64,000 bases of DNA from an uncultured Chloroflexia bacterium (GTDB lineage: Bacteria > Chloroflexota > Limnocylindria > Limnocylindrales > CSP1-4): assembly GCA_963726055.1 (NCBI GenBank), contig CAVSAP010000001.1:35167-99166 (forward strand), in the 5' to 3' direction. The notes beneath the pieces were generated by a model that was given only the letters and a program-made list of their open reading frames with translations, searched no databases and had not been told where the DNA came from. The position numbers and the translations under genes are program-made. Positions within the stretch are counted from its first letter, which is position 1. Every line of letters starts with the position of its first letter. Positions 39,411 through 50,336 of this stretch are shown piece by piece.

Positions 39411-40543
39411 GCAGACACCGGACCGATGGCGACGGGCCCCGGAAGATCTGCCAGGCGACCGTCCTCGGGCAGGTCCACGCCCCAGGACGCCAGCGTGCGG
39501 CCGGCCGCGAGCACGGCCGCCTGTCCCTGATCGGGCGTGAATACGACCAGCCCGGAGTCGACGAAGAGATTGGCATCCTCGATGCCGCCGATGCGACCCC
39601 GCGCGATCATCAGGTGGTCGCTCCACAGTGCGAACGGCGCCTCCTGCGCTGGACCGAGCCGCGCCAGGTGCTCGGAGCGGGCGTCGGCGTCGCCACGCCG
39701 CGACAGGATGAGCCGTGCGCCCGGCGCATCAATGGTCGCCAGGAAGCGCTGAAGGACGTTCGTGCCGACGATGGGTCCAAGCTCCACACCAAAGGCATCG
39801 GCGATCGGCGAGGCCCCCAGCGCGCCTTCGTGTACCGCCACCGGCACGTTCTGCATGTGGATGGCCCCGACGTCCAGATCGCCTACTCCGTAGCGAACGG
39901 TGTGCCAGCCGAGGGCGGCGAACGATCGCTCCGCGGCAACCGTCTCGATCCCGAAGGCCGCAGCGGCCTCCGATGACAGATGAATGAAGGACCCGCCCGT
40001 GTCCAGCCGGGCGACGGCTGGTCGGCCGTTCAGGCGGACCACGAATCCCGGCATGAGTGGCGTGAGGACATCGTCCGTGAAGGGGACGTCGATGACGCCC
40101 GTGCCCTCAACGCGGAGGGGATGCTCCAGCGCCAGGCGGATGCGTTTCGCGACCACCGAGCGTCGAGAGACCCCCCGTCGTTCGGCGAAGGAGAGAGCGC
40201 CCGCCAGGTCATCGCGGTGGACGTAGGCCGACAGGATGGGTTCATCGAGGTCGGCGAGGTGTCGGTAACGCGGGCTGATCAGCTCGTGGGTGGCGATCGC
40301 CTCCTCATAGTCCCCGAGAACGGCTGCGACAAGGGCGAGTACGTGCCGCGTGTCGTCGACATCTCGCCCCGTCGCGAGGGCGTCGGCGGCCCGCTCCCGC
40401 GCCAGCGCGAAGTTCCCGCCACGCCACGCGTCCCACGCCGGCCCGGCGCCAACGGCCGCGGCTGGACGCCGGCTGAGGATGCGAGCGGCGGCAGACCGTG
40501 GAGCGTGTGCCAGTTCGTCGGCGACGCGCCTGATCGAGGTCAT
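39410..40543 (-). CDS. TPR-like + two-lobe retropepsin-type aspartyl protease; 3' end uncertain
   Basis: Two catalytic motifs 'RLDTGGS' and 'FVDSGLV', 'PIVGTNVLQRF..TID'; ATG 40543 overlaps the restored stop of the upstream regulator (ATGA). Confidence 0.7.
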
Positions 40544-41128
40544 CGCGACGACTCCCCGTTCGCCTTCAGCCGGATCGATTCCTGCTTCTCGATCACGCCG
40601 GACGTCGCCCGGGTAGAGGGCCATGACGAGCTGATACGGCTGGCCATCGGCCTCGTCGGCCGCCCCAAATCGATCACCGAGCCTGGTCAGCTCCTCGGTG
40701 AACGCCTGCGCATTCTCGGGCGCAATCCGCACGCCGAGGGCAATCGCGACGATCGGGTCGACCATCTCGTCGGGCAAGCGGACGAGTGCGGCCGAGAGCT
40801 CGCTGCGCGCGAAGGTCAAGGCGATCTTGTGGGGCGCCGTGAGGCTGGCCGCTTCAGGTGCGACCCGGAACGTCGTCGCTGTCGCCGCGTAGTACTTCTC
40901 GAGGTTCCGGCCCGTGTCGCGCTTCTCGACGAGAGTCACGAGGCCTGCCTCCTCGAGCACCCGGATGTGGCGGGTGAGGTTGGCTGGATGGACGCCGAGC
41001 CGCGCGGCGATCTGTGTGACGGTCGCGGCGCCGTCCCGCAGGACGTCGAGGATCGCCATCCGCGATCGATGCAGGTACGCCGAGATCTCTGCTTCCGTCT
41101 GGAGCGTTCGAGTGGGCTTACTAGCCAT
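40540..41128 (-). CDS. ArsR/HTH_20-type winged-helix regulator (1-nt insertion near 40605 fuses it to the protease)
   Basis: 'HRSRMAILDVLRDGAATVTQIAARLGVHPANLTRHIRVLEEAGLV...EKYY'. Removing one C restores 'DVGVIEKQESIRLKANGESSR*' ending in an ATGA overlap. Confidence 0.8.
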
Positions 41129-41154
41129 GTTACTAACGTTAGCATCGATGCTAA
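41129..41154 (-). promoter_or_regulatory. leaderless promoter (TAACGT) overlapped by the perfect 16-bp palindrome TTAGCATCGATGCTAA; probable autorepressor operator
   Basis: Palindrome at 41139-41154, plus CTAACGTTAG at 41133-41142, in an AT-rich patch directly upstream of ATG 41128. Confidence 0.7.
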
Positions 41155-41212
41155 TGATAGGTCAAGGCATCGCGGCTCCTCCGGCGGAGGCGGGATTCGA
41201 CGGTTCGGCCGA

Positions 41213-41557
41213 CTAGCGGATTTCCACCAGGTGGCGGACGCGCGCCCGATCGAGGTCGGCAATCAGCGTCTGCGGTGCTTCCTTGAGGCGGTCCGCGAAC
41301 TCGGCCACGAGAGCCCGAGTTGCCTGATCGCCTGCGGCCTGGACCGCGTCGGCGATCGCGCCCTTGATCCACTCGTAGTCCGCGGCGGGAAGATCCAATC
41401 GCTCGAACGGGCCGACCATGTCCATCGCCAGGCCGTGGAGCAGCCGCTGGACCGAAGCGTCGCCGCCGATCGCATCAAGCCTGCCGGCAAGCACTCGCGA
41501 GAGTCCTTCATGGGGGACGGCAGGGCCGGCCCGGGACTCTTCCATCAAGGCTGGCAT
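41213..41557 (-). CDS. hypothetical helical protein
   Basis: ORF with RBS AAAGGGG; no recognised motif. Confidence 0.5.
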   Translation of the reverse strand: MPALMEESRAGPAVPHEGLSRVLAGRLDAIGGDASVQRLLHGLAMDMVGPFERLDLPAADYEWIKGAIADAVQAAGDQATRALVAEFADRLKEAPQTLIADLDRARVRHLVEIR

Positions 41558-41666
41558 CTCGTCCCCTTTCATCGCCGACTGACTGAGGCCTGATGCCTCC
41601 CGGGGAACGAGCGGCCCACAGCATAGTGCGCCGTGGCCCACGGCGATAGGGGGATATTTTGCGGCT

Positions 41667-42512
41667 TCAGGTCGGGGTCTTGCGGCTCTGAGTTGCGGCC
41701 AGCCGGGCGACCTTGACCGCGACGCTGCCACCGGGAATCAATAGCCCGATCGTGTCCGCCCCGATGTCGAAGACGGCGTCGCTGCTGATCATCTTGGTCA
41801 TCCGCGAGACCAGTGCCTCACCCTGCCGCATCTGGCCGGTCACGGCATCGAGCTCGACGACGCCGGTCTTGTCCTTCGTCTTCCAGTGGAACTCGAACGC
41901 CCACCACGGGTGGTAGTACAGATCGACGTTTTCGATCGTCATCGATTCCTCGGTGACGCTGTCGGCCTGGACGGGCTTCATCATCGTCGCAAGCAGCTGG
42001 CGGACGACATACGAGGCTCGCTGCTCCGGCGGGATGACGATTGTTTCGTTCTCGCCGAGCGCCGCCAGGTCGCTGACCTCCTGGCGCGGGCCTCCGATGA
42101 TCGCGGCCGCGCCGGCGACCGGGGCACCGCTGACACCGTCGGCGAACAGTTCCGCGCTGAACTCGTCTCGACAGTGCTCGACGGTCGCCAGGCTGAAGGA
42201 TCGGGCGGCGTTGACCGTGTAGTCCTGGCCGTGGACGGTGACCTCGCGCACCTCCGGGCCGCTGGCCGAAATCGTGTAGTCATGGGAGCGGTCATAGACG
42301 TAGCGGGCCTGGCACGCGACGTGCCAGAACGGCTCGAGCCGGCGCTGGCTGGCAACGAGCTCGATATCGTCGGCCTTGGGGCGTGACAACAGGCTGCCGA
42401 TGCCCGACCCGAACGCGCCCGTGCGTCGATCCATGGCCCGCTGGCGGATCTCGTCGGCCGTCAGACGTTCGTCGAGGACGTAGACGTGTTGATCCGCTAG
42501 CTCGATCTCCAT
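41667..42512 (-). CDS. conserved hypothetical protein
   Basis: 281-aa globular-looking ORF, RBS AGGAG, GC3-biased codons. Confidence 0.7.
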   Translation of the reverse strand: MEIELADQHVYVLDERLTADEIRQRAMDRRTGAFGSGIGSLLSRPKADDIELVASQRRLEPFWHVACQARYVYDRSHDYTISASGPEVREVTVHGQDYTVNAARSFSLATVEHCRDEFSAELFADGVSGAPVAGAAAIIGGPRQEVSDLAALGENETIVIPPEQRASYVVRQLLATMMKPVQADSVTEESMTIENVDLYYHPWWAFEFHWKTKDKTGVVELDAVTGQMRQGEALVSRMTKMISSDAVFDIGADTIGLLIPGGSVAVKVARLAATQSRKTPT

Positions 42513-42616
42513 GCGGTTCTCCTAGGGGCACCGTCGTTCGCTCAGGCAGCCATCATCGCGCCGTCGCGGCAAATGTCTATCGGTTTCTCGCGGCCCGAAG
42601 TGACTGCTGGTGCGCG

Positions 42617-42988
42617 TCACTTCTTCGGAGGCTTTGGTTTCAGGCTCAGCGCATAGCGGTAGCCGAGCTCGAGGTACGGCCGCAGCGCCTCGGTGTCCCG
42701 GAGAAGGTCGTCCGGGACTGCGACGAACTCCCTGGCCGGCGGCCAGCTCGGGTCCCCGCGAAAGAGATCCGCGCCGTACCGCTCCATGAACGCCGCCCGT
42801 TCGGCGGCGGGCAGGCGGATCCCGACGACGCCGTGCTTCGAGATCATCGAATACATGTTTCCGTTCACAGCCGTGTACGCCGCGCCGAAATTGGATTTCG
42901 ACTCCACGTCCGCAACCGAGTCGAGCAGCCGCTGATAGAGGAGCAGCTTGTCCGGCGGGACGGTGATGGCCTTGGTACGTGCCGCCAT
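42617..42988 (-). CDS. TfoX N-terminal-like domain protein
   Basis: 'FGAAYTAVNGNMYSMI...VVGIRLP', 'REFVAVPDDLL...YLELGYRYALSLKPK'; RBS GGAGGGAG. Confidence 0.7.
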   Translation of the reverse strand: MAARTKAITVPPDKLLLYQRLLDSVADVESKSNFGAAYTAVNGNMYSMISKHGVVGIRLPAAERAAFMERYGADLFRGDPSWPPAREFVAVPDDLLRDTEALRPYLELGYRYALSLKPKPPKK

Positions 42989-43094
42989 GGCTCCCTCCGA
43001 TCGGGTCATGAAGCTGGGTCAACGTTGCCTTGCCCGGACGCGTGTCCCGTCGATGGCGAAGGAACAAAGGGCGTGCCATGATCGTCGCTGCGTC

Positions 43095-43840
43095 ATGAAA
43101 CATTTCACGAACTTCCTGGTTTTCGCACTACTCGCCCTTGTCATTCTCGCCTGTGCAGGCGGTGCCGCCTCGTCGACGACGCCGCCGCTCGGCTCGAGCC
43201 CTGCTCCCAGCCTATCCCTCGTCCCGATCGGGACGGCCGAGCAGGCGGCCGCACGCGTCATCGAGAGTCGCACCGCATCTCGCGGACATCGGGGAGAAGG
43301 ACCCGGACCTGATCGGCGGCTGCTGTTTCTGGGAGGCGACCGAGACCGCAGACGGCTGGCAGGTCGTCTTCGAGGTCGGCTGGGGCGATTGCCAGTCCGG
43401 CTGCATCGAACGCCACCAGTGGACCTACGGCGTGACGCGTGACGGAGGGGTGACGCTCATCTCCGAGGGTGGACCTCCGGCCCCGTCCGGCGTGCCCGGC
43501 TCGGGCGGCAACACGGGCGGGATTCTGCCCGGCGGCACCGGGATCCAGGGTCGGGTGATTGCTGGACCCACGTTGCCCGGTCGTCACGCTCAACGACCCC
43601 TCGTGCGATGACCGTCCCATGGCCGACGCCACGGTGCTCATCCTGGATGTGCAGGGAACGGAGATCGCTCGCCTCGTCACGGACGCCGGCGGCCACTATG
43701 GCGTGACGCTCCCGTCCGGCGCCTATTCCATCGAGCCGCAGCCGATCGACGGCGTGATGCGAACCGCCGACGCGGAATCAGTCACGGTGGGCCAGGGGTA
43801 CGTGACGGTCGACCTGCTCTACGACACCGGGATCCGCTGA
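43095..43840 (+). CDS. lipoprotein with C-terminal prealbumin-like (carboxypeptidase regulatory-like) domain; two frameshifts (~43265, ~43572)
   Basis: Lipobox VILAC; 'GWGDCQSGCIERH'; 'GIQGRVIAGPT|CPV...CDDRP...TDAGGHYGVTLPSGAY' spread over three frames. Confidence 0.7.
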
Positions 43841-43852
43841 CCCAACCCGCCG

Positions 43853-44026
43853 TCAGCGCGCCGCGAGCGGCGACATGTAGAGGGCGACGACGAGGAGTCC
43901 CGCGAACACGGAGACGATCACGGTGAACAGCACGACCACGCGAAGCCCGAACCAGGGGCGAGGAGCCTCGAGGGCGTGGTCCGGGGGCTCCTCTGGCAGG
44001 ACCGTCAACGGATCTGCTTCGATCAC
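43853..44026 (-). CDS. 57-aa single-pass membrane protein coupled to TadG-like copy 3
   Basis: GTGA overlap with the upstream stop; MIEADPLTVLPEEPPDHALEAPRPWFGLRVVVLFTVIVSVFAGLLVVALYMSPLAAR. Confidence 0.6.
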   Translation of the reverse strand: MIEADPLTVLPEEPPDHALEAPRPWFGLRVVVLFTVIVSVFAGLLVVALYMSPLAAR

Positions 44027-46382
44027 GGGACGATGAGGTGGACCGGGTTGCCCTTGATCGCGACCTTCCAGGTGGTCACGTCGTCCGACGTTCCTGTTCC
44101 GGTCATCGTGTACTGGATCTTCCACCAGCCCGACTGGAGGGCCGTGTAGCCGCTGGGGATGGGGATCTGGATCGTCAACCAGCAGCCGTTGAACCTGCTC
44201 GACGGCGTCGAGGTCTGGACCGACGTCACGTTGTTTCCGGCGAGGGCGTTGCAGTTGGAGGCACCGGAGTTTGTCGTTCCCTTTGCGGCCGTGTAGTCGA
44301 AGGTTGTCGGCGACCAGCCGCCGGCATCCGGGACGAGGATTCGGAGCGTTCCACTCAGTGGGCTGGTGTCACCCGGGTCCCAGAGCTTGATCTCGACCGT
44401 CTTGCCGGCGTGGACGGCGTCGATCTGGGCCAGGTAGAACTCCGATGAGACGGCCGGTCCCGACGCCGACAGCGGCGTGAAGGCCTGCATCGCCCCGATG
44501 CCATAGATGCGGGGCGTCCCGACAGTCGCTCTCGTGTAGAGGGCAAAGCTGTTCTCGCCGTACGTCCCTCGGGTGTCACCGACACCGTTCGGGTCGGTCG
44601 TGGTCGTGTGGACACGGTAGATCTTGCCGCCGGCGAGCCCACTGGCCAGGAGGTACCAGCGGTTGTGGTAATCACGACCGTCACCGTAGGCCGTGTCTGT
44701 CGTGTACCGGCACTGCGTCGGCGTGCCTGTCGTCGTGCCGCCCATCGTCGAGTCCGAACCCTTCATCCCCAGGAACATTGAGGTCGACGTCGCGACAGCA
44801 GGTCCATCGTCGGTGATGTCCGTGAGCGTGCCCTTGGTGTCGAAGACCTCGTACGAGGAGTTGACGAGATCGACACCGTCATCGTCGAACCAGCGGTCGC
44901 CGGTTCCCTTGTTGTTCTGCGGTCGCGCAGAAGCCGGGGTCGTAGACGTACACGGAGCCGCCGCTGGAGCCCGGGGGCATCTCGATCGCGTAGTTGTAGA
45001 ACTCGCTGGGCCCGTACGCCGGGTTGATCGTGCCGCCGTGCGTGTCGTAGTACGCCTGGTGGATGTCGCCGTTGACGTTCTCGGCACCCTCTGTGTTCAT
45101 CGTTCCCCAGAAGCCATTGGGGCTGAGGACCTGCCCGTCGGCCTCGTAGCAGTCTGACGACGCCGGTGGTGCAGTCGGTGCCCGGGCCCTCGACGGGCAT
45201 GTCGACCGGCGCCGTGGTTGTTGTCACGGGTGTCTGCGTCACCGTGTCGATGCCGTAGTTCGCCTGAACCTGGATCATGTCAACCCGGAGCAGGGTGGCG
45301 ACCGTGCACGGCGAGGGGCCCTTGGTCGCGGTCAGCCGGACGCGGAAGTTGCTGTTCCCCAGATCGTTGCCGGTCCATGTGTGGGCGGGCAATGCCAGCG
45401 GCCAGGCCGTGACCGCTGTGGCCGATCCCAGCGTGTAGTCCGTAGAGGTAGTCGTCGTGAGGCTGCCGGTCGTCGGGGCGCGGTTGTTGGCGGTGGCCGT
45501 CGTCCAGTGGAGTCCGGCGTCGTACGACAGGGCCACCTGGATGAAGCTGCCTGCGCACGCGAGGTTCACGAAGGCGTCAGTCAACCGAACCTGGATTCCA
45601 TTGACCGTCGTTGCCGTCTGGTTGGCCGCCAGGCCGGAAAGCAGGTCGAAGTCTCGCCAGATCTGGTTGCGGCCGTTCGTGTTCGTCTGGGCGTAGACGT
45701 TATCGTTCCCGCCGACGGCGGTGATGAGCGTGCCACCGCTGACCGCCCACGCTGCCGTCGACGGAACCGTCGCCGTGATGGCGGTCGGAACCTTGAGGCC
45801 GGAGTTCCCCGTCGACGGCGTGTGCACGTCGACCATGTTCGTCGTGGTCGAGGTGAAGCCACGGGAGGGTCCGAAGACGCCGTACCAGTTGTCCGGGCTG
45901 CCCATCGGGACGGGCAGGACGAACTCCGCGCGGGCGACCCGGGTCGAGTTGATCTGGTTGATGCCGAAGATCCGCATGAAGAACATGTCGACCGGCGCCG
46001 AGACGGTGACTTCCAGGCGACGCCCGGTGACGGCTGGCTGCTGGACCGGGGTCACGGAAATTACCAAGGACGCGTCGTCGTAGCCGTTCTTTGTCGCCTC
46101 GGCCCTGGCCAGGGCGTAGGCCCCGCCGGCGCCGCCGGGGTTGGTCGGCAGCTGGACGACGCCGGCGAGAGCGGCCGCGTCGGCGGCCCGCTGGACGCGG
46201 AGCGAGTTGACCCAGTACCACGAGACGTCGATGACGAGGGCGACCATCCCGGTGAAGACGAAGATCGCCATCACGAACAGGATCAGGATCTGACCGCGCG
46301 AGCGCTCGGTCGTGGGTCGTTTCGCCCCGAGCGGGCGATCGCCCCGGTTCCGAGTCTCAGCCAGGTCGTTCACAGTTGTCAC
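44023..46382 (-). CDS. TadG-like pseudopilin/adhesin, copy 3 (frameshifts ~45150 and ~44925)
   Basis: Prepilin-like 'RGQILILFVMAIFVFTGMVALVIDVSWYW...QRAADAAALAGV'; C-terminal 'FYLAQIDAVHAGKTVEIKLWDPGD...GWWKIQY...GNPVHLIVP'. Confidence 0.8.
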
Positions 46383-46388
46383 CTTGTC

Positions 46389-47018
46389 TCAGCTGGCGCC
46401 CGGATTGAGGGCCATGATGGTTCGGTCGTTGATCCTGAGCTGCGCCGTTCCGGTCATGCCCATGAAGTTTCCCAACGGCGTGACGTACAGGTAGTCGTAG
46501 ACGAGGCTCACGCCGAGCGAGTCCGGGTTGACCCCGTTGTTCCTTCCGCACGGACTCCAGCTGTCTGCGCCGGCGCGGACGAACAGGAGTTGAACACCGT
46601 CCACCGGGGGACCGTTACCGGGGATCCACCTGTTCGACTGGCCCAGGGTGTCGGCGCCATTGGCATCTGCCTTGTAGATCCTGATTTCCTTGACCTGGGC
46701 GATCGGCAACTGGCCGCCGGCTCCGGTCAGGACGCGCTGCACCGCCGCGATGATGTAGGCGTCGACGTTCGCGAGTGGATCGATGGCCGGGCTACACGCG
46801 ACTTCGGCGGTTCCGGATGCCAGCGCCGCGCCGTATCGGGCGCCCTCACGGGTGGCGTATTCGAGTGTCAGGTGGTGGGAGAAGGCGAAGCCGAACTCCA
46901 GCATGCCCAGCAGGAGGATGAGGACGACCGGCATCGCGATCGAGAGCTCGATGAGGCTCTGGCCTCGCTCGCCGGTCCGACGAGTGGTCAATGCGCGAAG
47001 GCGCGCCAGGGTCTTCAC
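46389..47018 (-). CDS. TadE-family pseudopilin
   Basis: 'ERGQSLIELSIAMPVVLILLLGMLEFGFAFSHHLTLEYATREGARYGA'. Confidence 0.9.
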   Translation of the reverse strand: MKTLARLRALTTRRTGERGQSLIELSIAMPVVLILLLGMLEFGFAFSHHLTLEYATREGARYGAALASGTAEVACSPAIDPLANVDAYIIAAVQRVLTGAGGQLPIAQVKEIRIYKADANGADTLGQSNRWIPGNGPPVDGVQLLFVRAGADSWSPCGRNNGVNPDSLGVSLVYDYLYVTPLGNFMGMTGTAQLRINDRTIMALNPGAS

Positions 47019-47677
47019 AGGATCGGCTCCATCCGCATCGAGTTGGCCTTGATGATCGTGTAGCCCGAACCCGACAGCTGCAGAATCCCTGCCAGCGGCG
47101 TGCGCCAGGTGTAGCTGTAGCTCACCTCGACGCCGATCTGGTCGACGGCGGTGGTCGCGGGCAGCGGTGCATTTGCCGGGCAGCCCGCGAGGACGTTGCA
47201 GCGCTTCACGTCCTCGTAGTTCTGGCCACCGGCAAGCGTGTACGGGACCGTGACCGTGATCGGGCCTGGGAAGATGCAGCTCATCGATCCGGTTCTGTTG
47301 TACGTGTTGATTGCCTGCTTAACGCCGAGACGGTCGGCCTTGAAGATCTGGACGCTGGTCACCTTGGCGTGATCGGACGGCGCGGTGATCGAGTCCTCGA
47401 CCTTGGTGAGGATCACGCAGTCCGCACCGTCGCCATTGCCGGCTTCGGCCGCGATCAGCGCGGCTTCGCGCGTGGCGAAGTTGACCGCCAGGACCGCGTT
47501 GAGGGCAAAGGCGAACTCGATGATCCCCACGAGAAGGAGGACGAACAGCGGAACGACCAGGGCGAATTCGACGAGGCTCTGGCCGCGGCGGCGTTCCGCG
47601 CCTTCGGGGCGGCGCAGGAAACCGCGACGCCGGCGGACCGAGCCTGGCCCGGCGCCCTGGCGCAGCTGATGTGACAT
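47015..47677 (-). CDS. TadE-family pseudopilin
   Basis: 'RRGQSLVEFALVVPLFVLLLVGIIEFAFAL...ATREAALIAA'. Confidence 0.9.
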   Translation of the reverse strand: MSHQLRQGAGPGSVRRRRGFLRRPEGAERRRGQSLVEFALVVPLFVLLLVGIIEFAFALNAVLAVNFATREAALIAAEAGNGDGADCVILTKVEDSITAPSDHAKVTSVQIFKADRLGVKQAINTYNRTGSMSCIFPGPITVTVPYTLAGGQNYEDVKRCNVLAGCPANAPLPATTAVDQIGVEVSYSYTWRTPLAGILQLSGSGYTIIKANSMRMEPIL

Positions 47678-47884
47678 CGTCGTTGAGGACCTCACGAGTA
47701 GGTTGGCTGTGGCGGAATTGGGTGGCGCTGGAAGGGGACTGGGCCCCGTCGTGATCGTGCGGGTGGGGTCTGCTGCGGTCCCCCTGACCGTCGTACGGGG
47801 CGCGTCGGTACTTGCGAAGGAGGTCAGGGCTTCTGCGGCTTGATGAATCAATCTGGTCCCCGTAGGTTGCGGACTCTTGAGATC

Positions 47885-47954
47885 AAGCTAGGGCCGCGAC
47901 CTTGAGTCGGTCCTTGAAACGTTGCCCGCCTGCATAGCCCCTTCGGCGGGTTCG
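47885..47954 (-). promoter_or_regulatory. promoter module A: TCAAGG-N6-TCAAGG, N9, -10 TAGCTT, plus a 23-bp upstream element
   Basis: Repeats at 47900-47905 and 47912-47917; -10 at 47885-47890; CGAACCCGCCGAAGGGGCTATGC identical to module B. Confidence 0.65.
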
Positions 47955-48006
47955 ATGCGGACAGGAGTCATCGCGGGGCGCATCGCTGCAGCGGTCGGGC
48001 AAACGA

Positions 48007-48038
48007 TTGAGCCGCGCCCGATCGCGGACGCGGCTCAA
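48007..48038 (-). terminator. 13-bp hairpin TTGAGCCGCGTCC/GGGCGCGGCTCAA after TadG-like copy 2
   Basis: Inverted repeat about 35 nt after the stop, followed by TCGTTT on the minus strand; near-identical to 50524-50557. Confidence 0.7.
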
Positions 48039-48072
48039 GAAGTTGGGAGGGAGTCCCCCGCCGATGCCTCGG

Positions 48073-50336
48073 CTACGGGACGATGAGGTGGACCGGGTTC
48101 CCGAGGATCGCCACCTGCCAGGTGGTCGTGTCGTTGGCGGCGCCGACTTCGTACTCGATCTTCCACCAGCCGGGCTCCGTTTCGCCGGCCGGGGTGAGCC
48201 CGACCGAGCCGTAGCTCGACGGCAGCGGGATGGTGATCGTGATGACGCTGTTGTCGAAGCTGCTGCCGGTCCCGCTGATGGCGGTCCTGATGTTTGTGCG
48301 GTTCGAAGCGGAGCAGACGTCGCTGGTCCCGGAGTTGCACTCGGCGTCCGCGAGATAGTCGAAGACCGCGTAGTTGTAGGCGTTGCCGTCGGGGCTCTTG
48401 ATCCGGAGCCTGGCGTCGCCGGCCACGTCGCCCGGGTCGAAGAGCTGGATCTCCATCGTCTTTCCGGCATGGACCGCTTCGATCTGGGCGAGGTAGAACT
48501 CCTGGCGGGCCGCGGCGCCGGTCAGGTTGGAGTAGGCCGCCATCTTGGCCTCGCCGTAGACGCGTGCCGACCCTGCACCGCCGTTGGCACCGACGTAGAT
48601 CGACCAGAGGTTCTCGGCGCCGGTCGCGGCATTGCCCGCCTGGCTCGAGACGACGTTGACCCGATACTTTCCGGCGGCCAGGCCCGCTGGCCATCGTGAC
48701 CCAGACGTTGTGCGCCGGATCGGCCTGACAGTTGGTGATCGGAGCCGCCCGTCGGGATGTCACCCGTTCCCGACCCATCGGCCGGGTTGTCGAACTGACC
48801 GCTCTGGTCCGAGGCGCGGGTCGTGTAGCTGTTGGTGGCGACGAGCGTGTCGTTGCCCTTGTCGACGGTGCCGTTCGTGTTGTACAGGAAGAACTCGGTC
48901 GTGACCGGCCCGTTCGTGATGCCGCCGCTCGCGGGAAGGCTCGTCCAGTGGTCACCGGCTCCGTAGTTCCCGCTGCCGGCCGGGTTCGATCCCGTGGCGC
49001 AGAAGACCGGGTCGAAGAGATGGACGCGCCCGCTGGTCCCGTTGATCTCGACGATGTAGTCATAGCCCGTCGTGATCTGCTCGGTGTTCAGTGCCGACCC
49101 TCCGCCGGTGAACCACTTCGGCGAATACCGGTCGCCGTTCTGACGGACACCTCCGCCGGTGAAGACCGCGCCCCAGAAGCCCTGGCTCGTCGGCGCGATC
49201 GTCTCGCCGGCCGGGGTCGGCACGGGCACGGTGGCCGGGGTGTAGGTGATGGGCCCGGGCAGCATCGGGTGGTACGTGACGCGGACCTCGAGCGTGTCCA
49301 CGGAGGCCGTCCGGCTCGCGCCGCAGTTGGTGGTGGGCCTGTTCCACATCAGGCGGACCCGGAAGTTCGCATCCGTGAAGCTGGAGTACAGCCATTGCGG
49401 CGGCGTGCCCGGCCGCGGCCAGGCGGTCAGGTTGGACGCGCTGCCGATCGTGTACTGCGTCTCGGCGAGCGTGATCGTCTGGTCGACCGGCGTGGTCGTA
49501 AAGGCGACGCCGTTGTTGTAGGAGAGCGTCGTCCGGATTCGACAGCCCGTGGAGTTGCCCGATCCCGTCAGGATCGCGCGGAAGCGGACCTCGATGCCCT
49601 CGATGACCGCGCCAGTCGGGATGCTGCCGGCGCCGGTCGTGAGACCGAACGTTCCCCATTGCTGCGCGGCATTGTTCGTCGTCGTGCTGACCGAGTACGA
49701 GTTGTTGTCGTTGGCGTCGGCCCTGACCGGATTGGACCAGACCGTTGCGGGAAACGACGCCTGCGTCTTCCAGCCGGTGTTCGCTGTCGCGCCCGGCACG
49801 TCGGGGCCCTGGTTCGCGTTGAGCTTTTCGAATGTCCCGACGCCGTACCACTGCTGGGGGCTGCCCATCGGGACGGGCAGGACGAATTCTGCGCGAGCTG
49901 TCCGCGTCGCCTGCACCTGCGTGATGCCGAAGATCCGCATGAAGAACATGTCGACCGGCGCCGAGACCGTGACGACGAGGCGACGGCCTGTCGTCAGGGG
50001 CTCCTGGAGCGGACTGATCACGATCGCTGCAGAGGCGTCGTCGTAGCCGTTCTTCTTCGCCTCGGCCCTGGCCAGGGCGTATGCGTTGGTCGCGTTGTTC
50101 GGCAGCTGGACGACGCCGGCGAGAGCGGCCGCATCGGCGGCCCGCTGGACGCGGAGCGAGTTGACCCAGTACCACGAGACGTCGATGACGAGGGCGACCA
50201 TCCCGGTGAAGACGAAGATCGCCATCACGAACAGGATCAGGATCTGACCGCGCGAGCGCTCGGTCGTGGGTCGTTTCGCCCCGAGCGGGCGATCGCCCCG
50301 GTTCCGAGTCTCAGCCAGATCGTTCACGTTCATCAC
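48073..50336 (-). CDS. TadG-like pseudopilin/adhesin, copy 2, chimeric (frameshifts ~48745 and ~48680)
   Basis: 5' about 217 bp nearly identical to copy 3; body similar to copy 1; ends 'GNPVHLIVP*'. Confidence 0.8.

Noticed and set aside
39278-41128. 616-aa HTH-aspartyl protease fusion
   Set aside because: Removing one base near 40605 gives a regulator stop overlapping the protease ATG (ATGA), a typical two-gene coupling.
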